The position numbers and the translations under genes are program-made. The notes under the pieces are model-generated. The model was given only the letters and a program-made list of their open reading frames with translations, was not told where the DNA came from and did no database searches. A stretch of 64,000 bases of DNA from an uncultured Actinomycetes bacterium (GTDB taxonomy: Bacteria; Actinomycetota; Thermoleophilia; Solirubrobacterales; Solirubrobacteraceae), in contig CAWGIU010000015.1 in the NCBI GenBank assembly GCA_963822735.1, positions 13,625 to 77,624 on the forward strand, given 5' to 3'. Positions 18,330-27,670 of the stretch are shown in pieces (position 1 is the first letter of the stretch; each line of letters starts with the position of its first letter).

Positions 18330-18779
18330 ATGGACGTCCGCCCCTCGCTCGCCGTCCTGCTGTCGGGTGTTTTGACCGGCAGCGAGCTGACCTCGTGGGG
18401 CATCGTCCACCCCACACTGTGGAAGCTCGACGATCGGGCCCAGGTACGCGCCGAGAAGCTGATGTACAAGCGCTTCGGCTCGGTCGATCCGTTGCTCCAG
18501 CCGGCGGCCATCGCCGCGTGCTTCATCGCCGCGCGCGGTCTGGGCGGACGGCGCGCGGTGCTCGCGAACCTCGCCGGGGCGAGCTACACGGCGATGGTGG
18601 CGATCACGCTGGCGGGCAATATGCCGATCAACCTCCGCGTGTTCAGCTGGGACGAGGAGCACGGCGACCCCTCGCAGTGGCGAGCGCTGCGCCGCCGCTG
18701 GGACCGTTTGCACCGCGCCCGGGTCGCGTTGGACTCAGCGGGCTTCGTGCTGATGACGCTCGCGGCGACGGACCGCTAG
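18330..18779 (+). CDS. Small polytopic membrane protein, DUF1772/anthrone-oxygenase-like
   Basis: 149 aa with about 4 hydrophobic segments. The N-terminal pattern is LLSGVLTGSELTSWGIVHP. The family assignment is from memory. Confidence 0.5.
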   Translation: MDVRPSLAVLLSGVLTGSELTSWGIVHPTLWKLDDRAQVRAEKLMYKRFGSVDPLLQPAAIAACFIAARGLGGRRAVLANLAGASYTAMVAITLAGNMPINLRVFSWDEEHGDPSQWRALRRRWDRLHRARVALDSAGFVLMTLAATDR

Positions 18780-18828
18780 CCCCCCAACCGCAAGGGTGGG
18801 GAGCAGGGTGGGCTCGCCGCGACGCGCC

Positions 18829-20265
18829 CTACCGCCGCGCCTTGACCACCACCCGACCTCCGCGGGCCGGGATCATCGTCACGTTGCGGTGCTTGGGGCG
18901 CTCGGGCCTTGGATCGGCGGCCTCCAGGTCGAGCCGGGTGGCCATGGCCCCCAGCACGACCCGCTGCTCGGCCATCGCCAGCGCCGCCCCCAGGCAGCGC
19001 CGCGTTCCGCCCCCGAAGGGGATCCACTCATACGTCCCGGGCTTATGCCCCTCCCAGCGCTCGGGGCGGAACGAGAACGGGTCGGGATAGAGGTCCTCGC
19101 GGTGGTGCAGCAGCAGCATGCTGGCCGCCACGGGCGTCCCGGCCGGGACTCCGTATCGGCCGAGCCGCCACGGTGCCTGCACCCGCCGCCCGGTGATCGG
19201 GATCACCGGTCGCACGCGCATCGCCTCGTTGATCGTCCACTCGATCACCTCCTCGGCGCGCTCGCCGTCCTGCTCGGAGCGAGCGGCGTCCAGCAGGCGT
19301 TCGTGCGCCGGCGGCGTCCGCACCAGACGCTCCCAGGCCCAGGCCAGCTGGTTGGCCGTCGTCTCGTGACCCGCCAGCACGAGCGTCATCAACTCGTCGC
19401 GCAGCTCCTTGTCGGTCAGCGTCTGCCCGTCCTCCTCCGTCCGGGCACGCATGATCAGAGACATGATGTCCGTGCGCTGCCCCAGATCCGGGTCGCGGCG
19501 GCGCTTGCGGATGATGGCGTAGATGCAGCGGTCGGGGATCATCAGGCCGAGGCGCGTCAGCCCGAACGGCTCGTCGCGGCCGATGTTCATCCACTCGGCC
19601 AGCTTGGCGCCCGGCATCGTCGAGGACCGCAGCACCTCGCGGATCGCCAGCCGCAGCGCGTGCTCGAGGGTGCCGGGCTTGGGGGTGCCCTCGACGCCGA
19701 AGATGCCGGCCATGATCACATCGAGCGTGATCGCCTGCATGCGCGGCGCTAGCGCGAATGGGCGGCCGACCGGCCAGCGCGCGATCTCCCGCTCGGCAGC
19801 GTCGGCGATCATCTGCTGATAGCTCTCGATCGCCTCGCCGTGGAATGGCGGCAGCAACAGCTTGCGCTGACGCAGATGCCGGGGCCCGTTCGAGGTCAGC
19901 ACCGAGCTCGGGCCGAGCACCGGGCGCAGCGGCGATTCGGCCGCCAGCGTCGGCACGTTCTCCGGCGGCGACTTGAACAGCGAGCGGATGTGATCGGGGT
20001 GAGAGATGACCGCCGCCAGGCCGCGCACGTAGCCGCGTGGGCTCCAGACCTCACCGAAGCGCTCGCGGTAGTGGAACATGAAGCTTGCCTGGCGCTGGCC
20101 GAACCACAGCACCTGGACCGGCCGCGGCCAGCGCACGCGCGGCGGCGGCGGCAGCGCGGCGAGCTCCTGCGCGGAGATCGGCCCGGCCTCCGACGGCGCT
20201 GCCTCGCCTATCAACTCGCGCCCGGCGGCGCGTGGCGCCGGGGAAGGCCGCGTTAGGACGCTCAT
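18829..20265 (-). CDS. Cytochrome P450
   Basis: 478 aa. FGGGTRRCLGAALA is the heme-thiolate loop. AGHETT (I-helix) and the ExxR motif EAMR are present. Confidence 0.92.
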   Translation of the reverse strand: MSVLTRPSPAPRAAGRELIGEAAPSEAGPISAQELAALPPPPRVRWPRPVQVLWFGQRQASFMFHYRERFGEVWSPRGYVRGLAAVISHPDHIRSLFKSPPENVPTLAAESPLRPVLGPSSVLTSNGPRHLRQRKLLLPPFHGEAIESYQQMIADAAEREIARWPVGRPFALAPRMQAITLDVIMAGIFGVEGTPKPGTLEHALRLAIREVLRSSTMPGAKLAEWMNIGRDEPFGLTRLGLMIPDRCIYAIIRKRRRDPDLGQRTDIMSLIMRARTEEDGQTLTDKELRDELMTLVLAGHETTANQLAWAWERLVRTPPAHERLLDAARSEQDGERAEEVIEWTINEAMRVRPVIPITGRRVQAPWRLGRYGVPAGTPVAASMLLLHHREDLYPDPFSFRPERWEGHKPGTYEWIPFGGGTRRCLGAALAMAEQRVVLGAMATRLDLEAADPRPERPKHRNVTMIPARGGRVVVKARR

Positions 20266-20274
20266 CGCGCCCCA

Positions 20275-20280
20275 ATTTTA
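20275..20280 (-). promoter_or_regulatory. Candidate -10 box (TAAAAT) 9 nt upstream of the P450 ATG, implying a near-leaderless mRNA
   Basis: The minus strand reads ...acgtgTAAAATtggggcgcgATG. It is an AT hexamer in an otherwise GC-rich context, with no SD sequence. Confidence 0.3.
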
Positions 20281-20300
20281 CACGTATGTAGGAAAGCTCG

Positions 20301-20507
20301 CTAGCCCGTGTCGGGCTCGCGCTCCGGCTGCTCGCGGCCGGGCTCCGGACCGGGCACGGCCGGCGTCGGCGACTCCTCCGGCGGCGGCACCGTGGAAGGC
20401 TGCTCGGGATCCGCCGGTGTCCCGGGATCTGGGTCCACCGGCTGGATCGGCGCATCGGGCACGGCGGGCGAGGCCGGGACGCTCGGATTGGGGACTTCGA
20501 GTTTCAT
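20301..20507 (-). CDS. Hypothetical proline-rich acidic small protein (68 aa)
   Basis: Translation is MKLEVPNPSVPASPAVPDAPIQPVDPDPGTPADPEQPS.... Codon third positions are strongly G/C, as in the flanking genes. There is no hydrophobic segment and no family I recognise. Confidence 0.35.
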   Translation of the reverse strand: MKLEVPNPSVPASPAVPDAPIQPVDPDPGTPADPEQPSTVPPPEESPTPAVPGPEPGREQPEREPDTG

Positions 20508-20540
20508 GCGCTGCAGCTACCACCCAGCGGGCCCGCCTAA

Positions 20541-20575
20541 TAAAAAAGGGCTCACCGCCCCGCAGGCGCCGGCCC
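20541..20575 (-). terminator. Intrinsic terminator after the response regulator
   Basis: The minus strand reads GGGCCGGCGCC-TGCGG-GGCGGTGAGCCC (an imperfect stem) followed by TTTTTTATT. Confidence 0.5.
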
Positions 20576-20578
20576 TCG

Positions 20579-21160
20579 TTATTCCAATAACCCCATGCGC
20601 TGCGCGCGCTGCACGGCCTCCGCACGGTTGCGCGCGTGCAGCTTTCGATACAGGGCGCTCGTGTGCTCCTTGACGGTGTGCGGCGAGAGGTACAGACGTT
20701 CGGCGATCTCGCGATTCGTCGCGCCGGCGGCGACCATTTCCAGCACCTCGCGCTCACGCTCGGAGAGAAGCTGAGCAGGCTGGTCTGACGTGGGCGAGAA
20801 CTGCGTCATCCCCAGGCCCACCATCCGCACCGCGCTGGCCACATCACGCGCCTCGAGGTCCTTGGAGACGAAGCCCGAGGCCCCGGCCGCGCGGGCCGCG
20901 GCGGGGGACATGCGCCCGGAGCCAGAGATCAGCAGCACGCGCGTCGACGGTGAGGCGGCGCGGATCGACTCACACACGTCGGCTCCAGACTCTTTGGCCA
21001 GGAACAGGTCGACCAGGGCCACGTGCGGTCGAAAGCGCGACACGAGCTCCAGCGCCTCGGCGCCGGTCCGCGCCGCCAGGCAGCGCTCGACCCACGGCTG
21101 CTCGCCGAGCAGCACACGGAAGCCCCACTGCACGACGTCGTGATCATCCACCACCAGCAC
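20579..21160 (-). CDS. NarL/LuxR-family response regulator
   Basis: 193 aa. The receiver domain shows LVVDDHDVV and VALVDL. The C-terminal LuxR HTH reads EREVLEMVAAGATNREIAERLYLSPHTVKEH. Confidence 0.9.
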   Translation of the reverse strand: MLVVDDHDVVQWGFRVLLGEQPWVERCLAARTGAEALELVSRFRPHVALVDLFLAKESGADVCESIRAASPSTRVLLISGSGRMSPAAARAAGASGFVSKDLEARDVASAVRMVGLGMTQFSPTSDQPAQLLSEREREVLEMVAAGATNREIAERLYLSPHTVKEHTSALYRKLHARNRAEAVQRAQRMGLLE

Positions 21161-21201
21161 GCGTAGGCGGCGCTGCTCCAGTCGCGTCGGACGTGCGGCA
21201 C

Positions 21202-22350
21202 TCAGCTCGACACCGCCTCCGGCTGCAGCGGCACGACCAGGCGCACGCGCCAGCGGTCATCGCCCGCGGGACCGAACTCCACAACGCCGCCGTGCTGCAG
21301 GGCCTCGAAGGCGGCCAGTCGTAGACCAATGCCTGCGCCACGGCCCTGACCAGAGACGCCGTCGTTTCGCACCTCGAGCGCGAACGTGTCGTCGTCGCGC
21401 ATGACCGCCACCTCGACGGCCGACGGTGCGGCGTGCTTGGAGATGTTGCGAAGCGCTTCGGAGAGGACCGACTGGGCCAGAGGTTCGAGGTCGTGCGGAA
21501 CCGCGACGTCGGTCGGCCAGTTGAGGCGGATCGGCGCGCCAGGCGCCGCGCTAACGCGCTCCAGCTCCGAGCGAAGCGTGGTTCCCGTATCGAGGGGCAG
21601 CGGAGCAAGCGGACGCTCGAGCGCACGGCGGAGGTCCGACAGCGCCTCCTGCATCTCCAGCCGGCAGCGCCGGCGCTCCGCGTCAGACAGCGGCTGCTCG
21701 GCGCTCAGCGCCAGGGACACCCCAAACAGCCGCTGCATCACCCGTTCGTGGATCTCCCGCGCCAGATCGAGCCGCTCGCCCAGCCGGCGTGTGCGCTCCT
21801 GCTGGCGCGTGGCGTTGCGGGCCGTGGCCACCAGCGCCGCCGTCTTGCCCAGCGTCCACAGCAGATGACGTTCGCCGTCCGAGAGTTCGAACTGCTCGCC
21901 GCCGCGGTCGGCGCAGATCACGCCGTAGGAGCGGCCCGCGGCGCTGAGAGGCGTGCACACCAGCGTCGTGATGCCCAGCTTCAGGAACTCCGGGGGCACC
22001 CACTCCTCGATCCGCTCCGAAACGACCACCACCTTGTCCTCGAGCAGCGCCCGCTGGGCGATCGGCGTGTTGACAAGCGTCGGGCGCATCGTCTGCAGCT
22101 GCGCGAACGGTGTCCCGTGGGCCCCGACCGCCCGCACGCGCCGGCGGCCGGGATCGGCCATGAAGATCGCGGCTCGGCGCATCGTCGTCAGCCGGCAGAT
22201 GGCCTCGCAGATGCGGTCATAAAATTCCGTGGAGGAGGTGTCGGTTTCGATCTCCGCCAGCAGCTCGACGAACACCTCGAGCGGCTCTACGCCCGCGAAC
22301 AGCGCCGCCGGGCGTTCGGCCTCGGACGTCGCTGCGCCCTCGACCTTCAC
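21202..22350 (-). CDS. Cytoplasmic GAF-domain sensor histidine kinase (HisKA_3/NarX type)
   Basis: 382 aa with no TM segment. The N-terminal ~160 aa is GAF-like. The H-box is REIHERVMQRLFG. The HATPase region reads LSEALRNISKHA...GAGIGL. Its GTG start overlaps the fbiC stop. Confidence 0.85.
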   Translation of the reverse strand: MKVEGAATSEAERPAALFAGVEPLEVFVELLAEIETDTSSTEFYDRICEAICRLTTMRRAAIFMADPGRRRVRAVGAHGTPFAQLQTMRPTLVNTPIAQRALLEDKVVVVSERIEEWVPPEFLKLGITTLVCTPLSAAGRSYGVICADRGGEQFELSDGERHLLWTLGKTAALVATARNATRQQERTRRLGERLDLAREIHERVMQRLFGVSLALSAEQPLSDAERRRCRLEMQEALSDLRRALERPLAPLPLDTGTTLRSELERVSAAPGAPIRLNWPTDVAVPHDLEPLAQSVLSEALRNISKHAAPSAVEVAVMRDDDTFALEVRNDGVSGQGRGAGIGLRLAAFEALQHGGVVEFGPAGDDRWRVRLVVPLQPEAVSS

Positions 22351-24551
22351 GGCACCGGGTAGCGGCGGCGGATGTCGTAGAGAGTCGTGCGCTCTGCCGC
22401 CGGGCGGCCGGCGCGGTGCGCGGCGGCGATCAGGTCAGAGGGCTCGAGCTTGACGCCGTGGTAGCTGCCGGCCATGCGTGAGATCGACTCCTCCATCAGC
22501 GTCCCGCCCAGGTCGTTGACCCCCCAGCGCAGCGCCTCGGTGGCAGCGTCGAGCCCCATCTTCACCCAGCTGGCCTGGAGGCTGGAGACGGTCTTGCCCA
22601 GCGCCAGGCGGAAGACCGCGGTGTGCTTGAGGTTCTCTTCTCGAGAGATCTCCTCCACCCCGTGCGTGCGACCCAAGAGCGTGTGGAACGGGATGAACGA
22701 CAGCGGCACGAACTCGGTGAAGCCGCCGGTCCGCTCCTGCAGCTCGCGCACCAGTCGCATGTGCTGCGCCAGCTCCCATGGCTCCTCGATATGGCCGAAC
22801 ATGACGGTGACCGTCGAGCGGATTCCCTCGGCGTGCGAGGCCTCGATGATCTCCACCCAGCGGCGCACCGGCAGCTTGTTGGGCGAGATGCGCTCGCGCA
22901 CGCCATCGTGCAGGACCTCCGCGGCGGTGCCGGGCGTGGAGCCCAATCCCGCGTCGCGCAGCCGTTCGAACACCGCGCGCGGATGGAGGCCCGAGACGTC
23001 GCACATGTGCGCCACCTCCATCGGCGAGTAGGCGTGCAGATGCATGTCGGGCGCCAGCTGTTTGGCGAACCGCAGCCAGTGCTCGTAGTCCTCAAGGCCC
23101 CAATCCGGATGGATTCCGGATTGCATGCATATCTCGGTCGCCCCGAACTCCACGGCCTCCTGCACCCGCTGGGCGAACTCCGCTTCGGAGTGCTCGTAGG
23201 CGTCGGGAGAGCGACGGCCCTGGCCAAAGCCACAGAAGGCGCACCCCACGATGCACACGTTGGAGACATTGATGTTGCGGTTGACCACGAAGGTCACGGT
23301 GTCGCCGGCCAGCTCGGAGCGGAGCGCGTCAGCGGCCTGACGCATCTGCTCGATGACCTCCGGGCGCCGCTCGGCGAATAGCGCGGTCAATTCGTCGGCC
23401 GTCAGGGCTAGGCCCTCGCGTGCCTTGTCGATGGCGCTGGGTGCGGCTTCGTCGGGCACGAAGAGCTCCCGCCGTCGACCGGATCCGCGGCGGGGGATGA
23501 ACGACCAGTAGTCGCGCTTGATGACATCGAGCACGCCCTGCGAGATCCATTCCGGCTCGATGTACTCCGGGTACACGCAAAGTCGCTCCGATAACGCGAT
23601 CCCCTCCGCCTGCAGCCGCTTGCGGACCTGGGCCGGAGAGGGGAATGGGTGCTCCGGCGAGATGTGATCGCCGTTGGCCGACAGGCCACCGAGGTCGGTG
23701 GCGCCGGCGCTCACCAGCTCGAGCCACCAGTCACTGAGATTAGGTGGCACCTGCACGCCGACGTCCGGCATCAGCCGCCGAGCCTCGGCCACGAGGCGCT
23801 TCATGTCCTCGATCGTCACCTCCGAAGCCCAAGCCGGCCCCTGATGATGCGGGCCCTCCCACACGCCGGTGCGCCAGTACTGCTCAGCCGCGTCGCTGGC
23901 GATCGTCGCCGGCTCCTGCCCGTAGTAGCGCTGGTGGGGAACGAAGTTCTGGAGGATCACCTCCTGGAGGTGACCGTGGCGTGCGTGCAGCTCCGCCAGC
24001 GCCTCGAGCGCCGCCATCCGGTCCGCTTCGGATTCGCCGATACCCACGAGGATCCCGGAGGTGAACGGGATCTTGAGCGCGCCGGCAGCGGCGATCGTCT
24101 CAAGGCGCCTCGCCGGGTGCTTGCTGGGCGAGGCTTGGTGCACGACGAGATCGGGATTCGTGGACTCGAGCATCAGCCCCTGAGAGGCGGTCACCTCGCG
24201 CAGGCGCTCCAGGTCCCGCCTGTCGAGAACGCCCAGGTTGGTGTGCGGCAGGAGGCCTCGCTCGAGCGCGCGCTCGCACGCCCACACGACGTAGCCGGTG
24301 AAGTCCTCGTGCCCGTACTCGGCGAGGCGCGACTTGACCTCGGGATTGATCTCAGGCTGCTCGCCGGTCAAAACCAGTAGCTCCTTGATCCGCCGCCGAG
24401 TCGCGCCCTCCAGCATCTGCTCGACCTCGTCGGGCGCATAGAGGTGAGCGCCGTGGGTGGCGAACGAGCAGTATTTGCAATAGCAGCGGCACGTGCGCGA
24501 GAGCGACAGCGTGTAATTACGGCTGAACGTGACGCGGCGACGCATTCCCAA
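22347..24551 (-). CDS. fbiC: FO synthase, fused CofG-CofH (FbiC), F420 chromophore biosynthesis
   Basis: 734 aa with two radical-SAM Cys triads: CRCYCKYC near the N-terminus and CIVGCAFC mid-protein. Confidence 0.92.
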   Translation of the reverse strand: MGMRRRVTFSRNYTLSLSRTCRCYCKYCSFATHGAHLYAPDEVEQMLEGATRRRIKELLVLTGEQPEINPEVKSRLAEYGHEDFTGYVVWACERALERGLLPHTNLGVLDRRDLERLREVTASQGLMLESTNPDLVVHQASPSKHPARRLETIAAAGALKIPFTSGILVGIGESEADRMAALEALAELHARHGHLQEVILQNFVPHQRYYGQEPATIASDAAEQYWRTGVWEGPHHQGPAWASEVTIEDMKRLVAEARRLMPDVGVQVPPNLSDWWLELVSAGATDLGGLSANGDHISPEHPFPSPAQVRKRLQAEGIALSERLCVYPEYIEPEWISQGVLDVIKRDYWSFIPRRGSGRRRELFVPDEAAPSAIDKAREGLALTADELTALFAERRPEVIEQMRQAADALRSELAGDTVTFVVNRNINVSNVCIVGCAFCGFGQGRRSPDAYEHSEAEFAQRVQEAVEFGATEICMQSGIHPDWGLEDYEHWLRFAKQLAPDMHLHAYSPMEVAHMCDVSGLHPRAVFERLRDAGLGSTPGTAAEVLHDGVRERISPNKLPVRRWVEIIEASHAEGIRSTVTVMFGHIEEPWELAQHMRLVRELQERTGGFTEFVPLSFIPFHTLLGRTHGVEEISREENLKHTAVFRLALGKTVSSLQASWVKMGLDAATEALRWGVNDLGGTLMEESISRMAGSYHGVKLEPSDLIAAAHRAGRPAAERTTLYDIRRRYPVP

Positions 24552-25566
24552 AAGAGTCTACGGAGGCTCACTTTCGGCGCTGTTCGCCCTTGTCGCGGCG
24601 CTGAGCGCCGGCGCCATGCTGGCTGCCTGCGGCGGCGGTAGCTCCCGGGTGTCGGGGGGCTCGCGCCCGGCCAGCACCCCGCGGACCGTCACGATGATGC
24701 TGGACTTCACGCCCAACGCGGCACACGCCGGGATCTACGCGGCGATCGCGCATGGCTACGACCGCCAGGCGGGAGTCGGCCTGCACGTGCTCGTGCCGCC
24801 GTCGCCAGCCGACAGCATCAAGCTCCTGGAGGCCGGCAAGGTTCAGTTCTCGGTGCTCGACATCCACGACCTGGCCATCGCCCGCGAGCGCGGCGCAGAC
24901 CTCCAGGGGATCATGGCGATCGTCGACCGGCCGCTGGCGGCGGTGATCGCGCAGCCGCGCGTGCGGACCCCGAAACAGCTCCAGGGACAGATGGTGGGCG
25001 TCACCGGCGACGCCAGCGACCTGGCCGTGCTCGATTCGGTCGTCGATGGCGCCGGGGGCCGGTCACGCAGCGTTCGCACAGTTGACGTCGGCTCCGACGC
25101 CGTCCCCGATCTGCTCGCCGGCCGCGTAGCCGCGGCCACCGGCTTCTGGAGCGACGAGGGGGTGGCGCTGGCCAGGCGGCGTCCCGGCTTTCGCGCCTTC
25201 CGCGTGGACGACTACGGTGCGCCCGCCTATCCGGAGCTCGTCCTCTGCGCCAGGCAGTCGACGATTCGGGCCCAGCCCGGGTTGGCGCGCGCCGTGGTGC
25301 GGGCGCTCGAGCGCGGCTACGCGCTGGCGCTGTCCGATCCGAGCACGGCCGCCGCCGACTTGGAGCGACTTGCTCCCGGGCTCGATCCCACGCTCGTCGC
25401 CGCCGACCTCAGGGCGCTGAGACCGGCGTTCGCCGCCCCTGACGGGCGCCCCGGCGAGCTCGACGCGCGGACGCTCCAGGCCTGGGCGCGCTGGGAGGCC
25501 CGGTTTGGGATCGTCTCGAGGCCGCCCAACGTGGCCCAGACGTTCGACGTCGCGCTCAGCCGCTGA
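24529..25566 (+). CDS. NMT1/THI5-like (NitT/TauT-type) substrate-binding lipoprotein
   Basis: 345 aa. The signal peptide ends in the lipobox LAACGG. DFTPNAAHAGIYAA is typical of NMT1/THI5-like binding proteins. No cognate permease or ATPase lies adjacent. The start overlaps the fbiC start divergently and is uncertain. Confidence 0.7.
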   Translation: MTRRRIPKRVYGGSLSALFALVAALSAGAMLAACGGGSSRVSGGSRPASTPRTVTMMLDFTPNAAHAGIYAAIAHGYDRQAGVGLHVLVPPSPADSIKLLEAGKVQFSVLDIHDLAIARERGADLQGIMAIVDRPLAAVIAQPRVRTPKQLQGQMVGVTGDASDLAVLDSVVDGAGGRSRSVRTVDVGSDAVPDLLAGRVAAATGFWSDEGVALARRRPGFRAFRVDDYGAPAYPELVLCARQSTIRAQPGLARAVVRALERGYALALSDPSTAAADLERLAPGLDPTLVAADLRALRPAFAAPDGRPGELDARTLQAWARWEARFGIVSRPPNVAQTFDVALSR

Positions 25567-25894
25567 GCCGCTCCACCAGCTGCGGGCCCTCTCGGGCCAT
25601 GCGGGAGCGCGGCACCACGAGGTCAAATCCGGCCCGCTCCGCCAGTTCGCGGACGCCCACCTCCACGTGTGCGTAGAACGCGAGCTTCGGCAGTCGCTCC
25701 AACCGGGGCTCGTCGGCCAGCTGGACCCGTTCGTCCGCGTCGGCCGTCAGGTCGACGACGATCACGTCGAACCGGCCGGGGTCGACGGCCGCGGGCTCGG
25801 AGACGAGTTCCGGCTCGTGTCCCGCCGCCCGCAGCGCGCCGACGACGTTCGAGCCGAACAGCAGGTCGGGGACGAAAAGCGCTACGCGCGCCAC
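25556..25894 (-). CDS. Hypothetical protein (112 aa), alternating beta-alpha pattern
   Basis: GTG start shares one nt with the upstream TAG stop (TAGTG). Translation is VARVALFVPDLLFGSNVVGALRAAGHEPELV...FDVIVVDL...AFYAHVE. I recognise no family. Confidence 0.5.
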   Translation of the reverse strand: MARVALFVPDLLFGSNVVGALRAAGHEPELVSEPAAVDPGRFDVIVVDLTADADERVQLADEPRLERLPKLAFYAHVEVGVRELAERAGFDLVVPRSRMAREGPQLVERLSG

Positions 25895-26262
25895 TACTGC
25901 GCGCGACGGTGGCGGAACTCCTCGCGCACCGACTCCGTCCGGCCCCACATCAGCTCGGGCACGATTTCCACGCGTCCGGTGCGGATCTCGCGCACTGCGA
26001 TCTCGGCCTCGATTCCCGCATCGTCGAGCAGCTTCAGCGCGGCGTGAACGGCCGGCGCGGACGATGCGTGCCCGAAGCGGTGGGCGACGATGATCCGCCA
26101 GTGCCAGTCGTGTTTTGAGTAGGGCTGCGCGTTGCACGTGACGAGCAGAACGGCTGCGTCGATGTAGCGGTGCTCGTCGAGCAGGCGGAGATCGAACTCC
26201 AGGTCGGTCCAGTCATCGGGAAGCGAGGCCACGATCTGGTCGAACGTGTCGGCAAGTGCCAT
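25894..26262 (-). CDS. Hypothetical protein (about 122 aa)
   Basis: Start chosen at MALADTFDQIVASLPDDWTDLEFDLRL..., with a purine-rich stretch upstream. It is coupled to the downstream 112-aa gene. I recognise no family. Confidence 0.5.
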   Translation of the reverse strand: MALADTFDQIVASLPDDWTDLEFDLRLLDEHRYIDAAVLLVTCNAQPYSKHDWHWRIIVAHRFGHASSAPAVHAALKLLDDAGIEAEIAVREIRTGRVEIVPELMWGRTESVREEFRHRRAQ

Positions 26263-26287
26263 GACCCCGGATCCTATCCTTGCCTGC

Positions 26288-27244
26288 ATGAGCAGCTCTG
26301 TCGGCATAGCCACCGAGGCCTATCAGGCCGTCACCGAGTCCTGCGGTCTGCTCGATCGCTCAGAGCGGGGCAAGCTGGCCCTGTCCGGGCGGGAGGCCAA
26401 GAGCTTCCTGCAGGGCCAGGTGACGAACGACGTCGAGCAGCTCGCGCCGGGCGACGGCTGCTACGCGGCATTCCTCACGCCCAAAGGCAAGATGCTCGGC
26501 GACCTGCGCATCCTCGACGTGGGCGACGAGTTGCTGCTCGACACCGAGCGCTCCTCGCTCCAGCAGCTCTTCAACATGATCAGGCGCTTCAAGGTGGGCT
26601 ACGACGTCGAGCTGCACAAGCGCACGCTGGAGTGCGGGCTCCTGTCGCTGATCGGACCCGACGCCGTGCAGACCGCCGGTGCCGACGGTCTGGCGTCGGC
26701 GGAGCACGCCCACGCGGAGCTCGAGATCGACGGCCTCCCCGCGCGGGCGATCCGCACCGACCTCGGAATCGATCTGCTCTGCGACGCCGGCGACGTAGGT
26801 CCGCTGGGCGCCGCGCTTGAGCATCGAGGCGCGGCGTCAGTTACCGAGGCGACGCTCGAGTGCCTGCGAGTGGAACGCGGCCGGCCGCGCTACGGGATGG
26901 ACCTCGATGAGACCGTGATCCCGCAGGAGGCCGGGCTGAACGAGCGAGCGGTGTCGTTCACCAAGGGCTGCTACGTCGGCCAGGAGACGGTCGCCCGGCT
27001 TCACTACCGGGGCAAACCGAACCGCCACCTGCGCGGGCTGCGACTGCCCGCCGGTGCCGACCGAGGGGCGGAGCTGCGCCTCGAGGATCGCGTGGTCGGG
27101 ACGCTCGCCACGGTGGTCGAGTCGCCGCGGCACGGGATCATCGGGCTGGCGCTCGTGCGACGTGAGGCCTCCCCCGGAATGTTCGTCGTGGTCGATCCAC
27201 CCGGCGAACCTGCCGAGGTCGTAGAGCTGCCATTCGACCGCTGA
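26288..27244 (+). CDS. ygfZ: YgfZ/GcvT-family folate-binding protein
   Basis: Contains GKLALSGREAKSFLQGQVTND and FTKGCYVGQETVARLHYRGKPNRHL (the KGCYxGQE signature). The start at 26288 was chosen over 26246. Confidence 0.8.
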   Translation: MSSSVGIATEAYQAVTESCGLLDRSERGKLALSGREAKSFLQGQVTNDVEQLAPGDGCYAAFLTPKGKMLGDLRILDVGDELLLDTERSSLQQLFNMIRRFKVGYDVELHKRTLECGLLSLIGPDAVQTAGADGLASAEHAHAELEIDGLPARAIRTDLGIDLLCDAGDVGPLGAALEHRGAASVTEATLECLRVERGRPRYGMDLDETVIPQEAGLNERAVSFTKGCYVGQETVARLHYRGKPNRHLRGLRLPAGADRGAELRLEDRVVGTLATVVESPRHGIIGLALVRREASPGMFVVVDPPGEPAEVVELPFDR

Positions 27245-27350
27245 GCGCCGGCGGCGCTCGGCGGTCCCGCGCGTTCGATGCAAGACCACCCGCGCATTCA
27301 GACCGGCCAGCGGGGTAGCATCCGGTGAACCGACTGGAAGGAGTCGTGAA

Positions 27351-27554
27351 GTGAGCACTACCGCTTGCAGGACGGACGAGCTCCGTCAGCTCGACGATGA
27401 CGAGCGCCAGGCGTGGGGTAGCTACCGCGAAACACTTCGCGAGCTCACCGGCGAGGAGTACGAGCTTGCCGAGAACGAGTCCTGGCGGCAGCTCCAGCGC
27501 AAGCTCCGCGGCGTCGAGCGCCGGCGGCGTACGCTCGCGCAATCGCCTGAATGA
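27351..27554 (+). CDS. Hypothetical small charged helical protein (67 aa)
   Basis: GTG start preceded by GGAAGGAG. Translation is STTACRTDELRQLDDDERQAWGSYRETLRELTGEEYELAENESWRQLQRKL. Confidence 0.45.
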   Translation: MSTTACRTDELRQLDDDERQAWGSYRETLRELTGEEYELAENESWRQLQRKLRGVERRRRTLAQSPE

Positions 27555-27670
27555 CACCGCGAGATGTAAGTTTCGCCCCAGGAGTCTTTGCGGTCGGTTA
27601 GGGTTCGCCCGGCTTGGACCTTAGGCAAGTAGGCTGTGGGTCAGGCCGAAGAGGAGAGGCGACCGTACAG

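Noticed and set aside
16187-18526. A 779-aa ORF antisense to the two ABC1 kinase genes.
   Set aside because: The translation is Arg/Ala/Gly/Pro-rich with no motifs and mirrors well-supported genes on the other strand. This is the typical shadow ORF of stop-poor, ~70% GC DNA.
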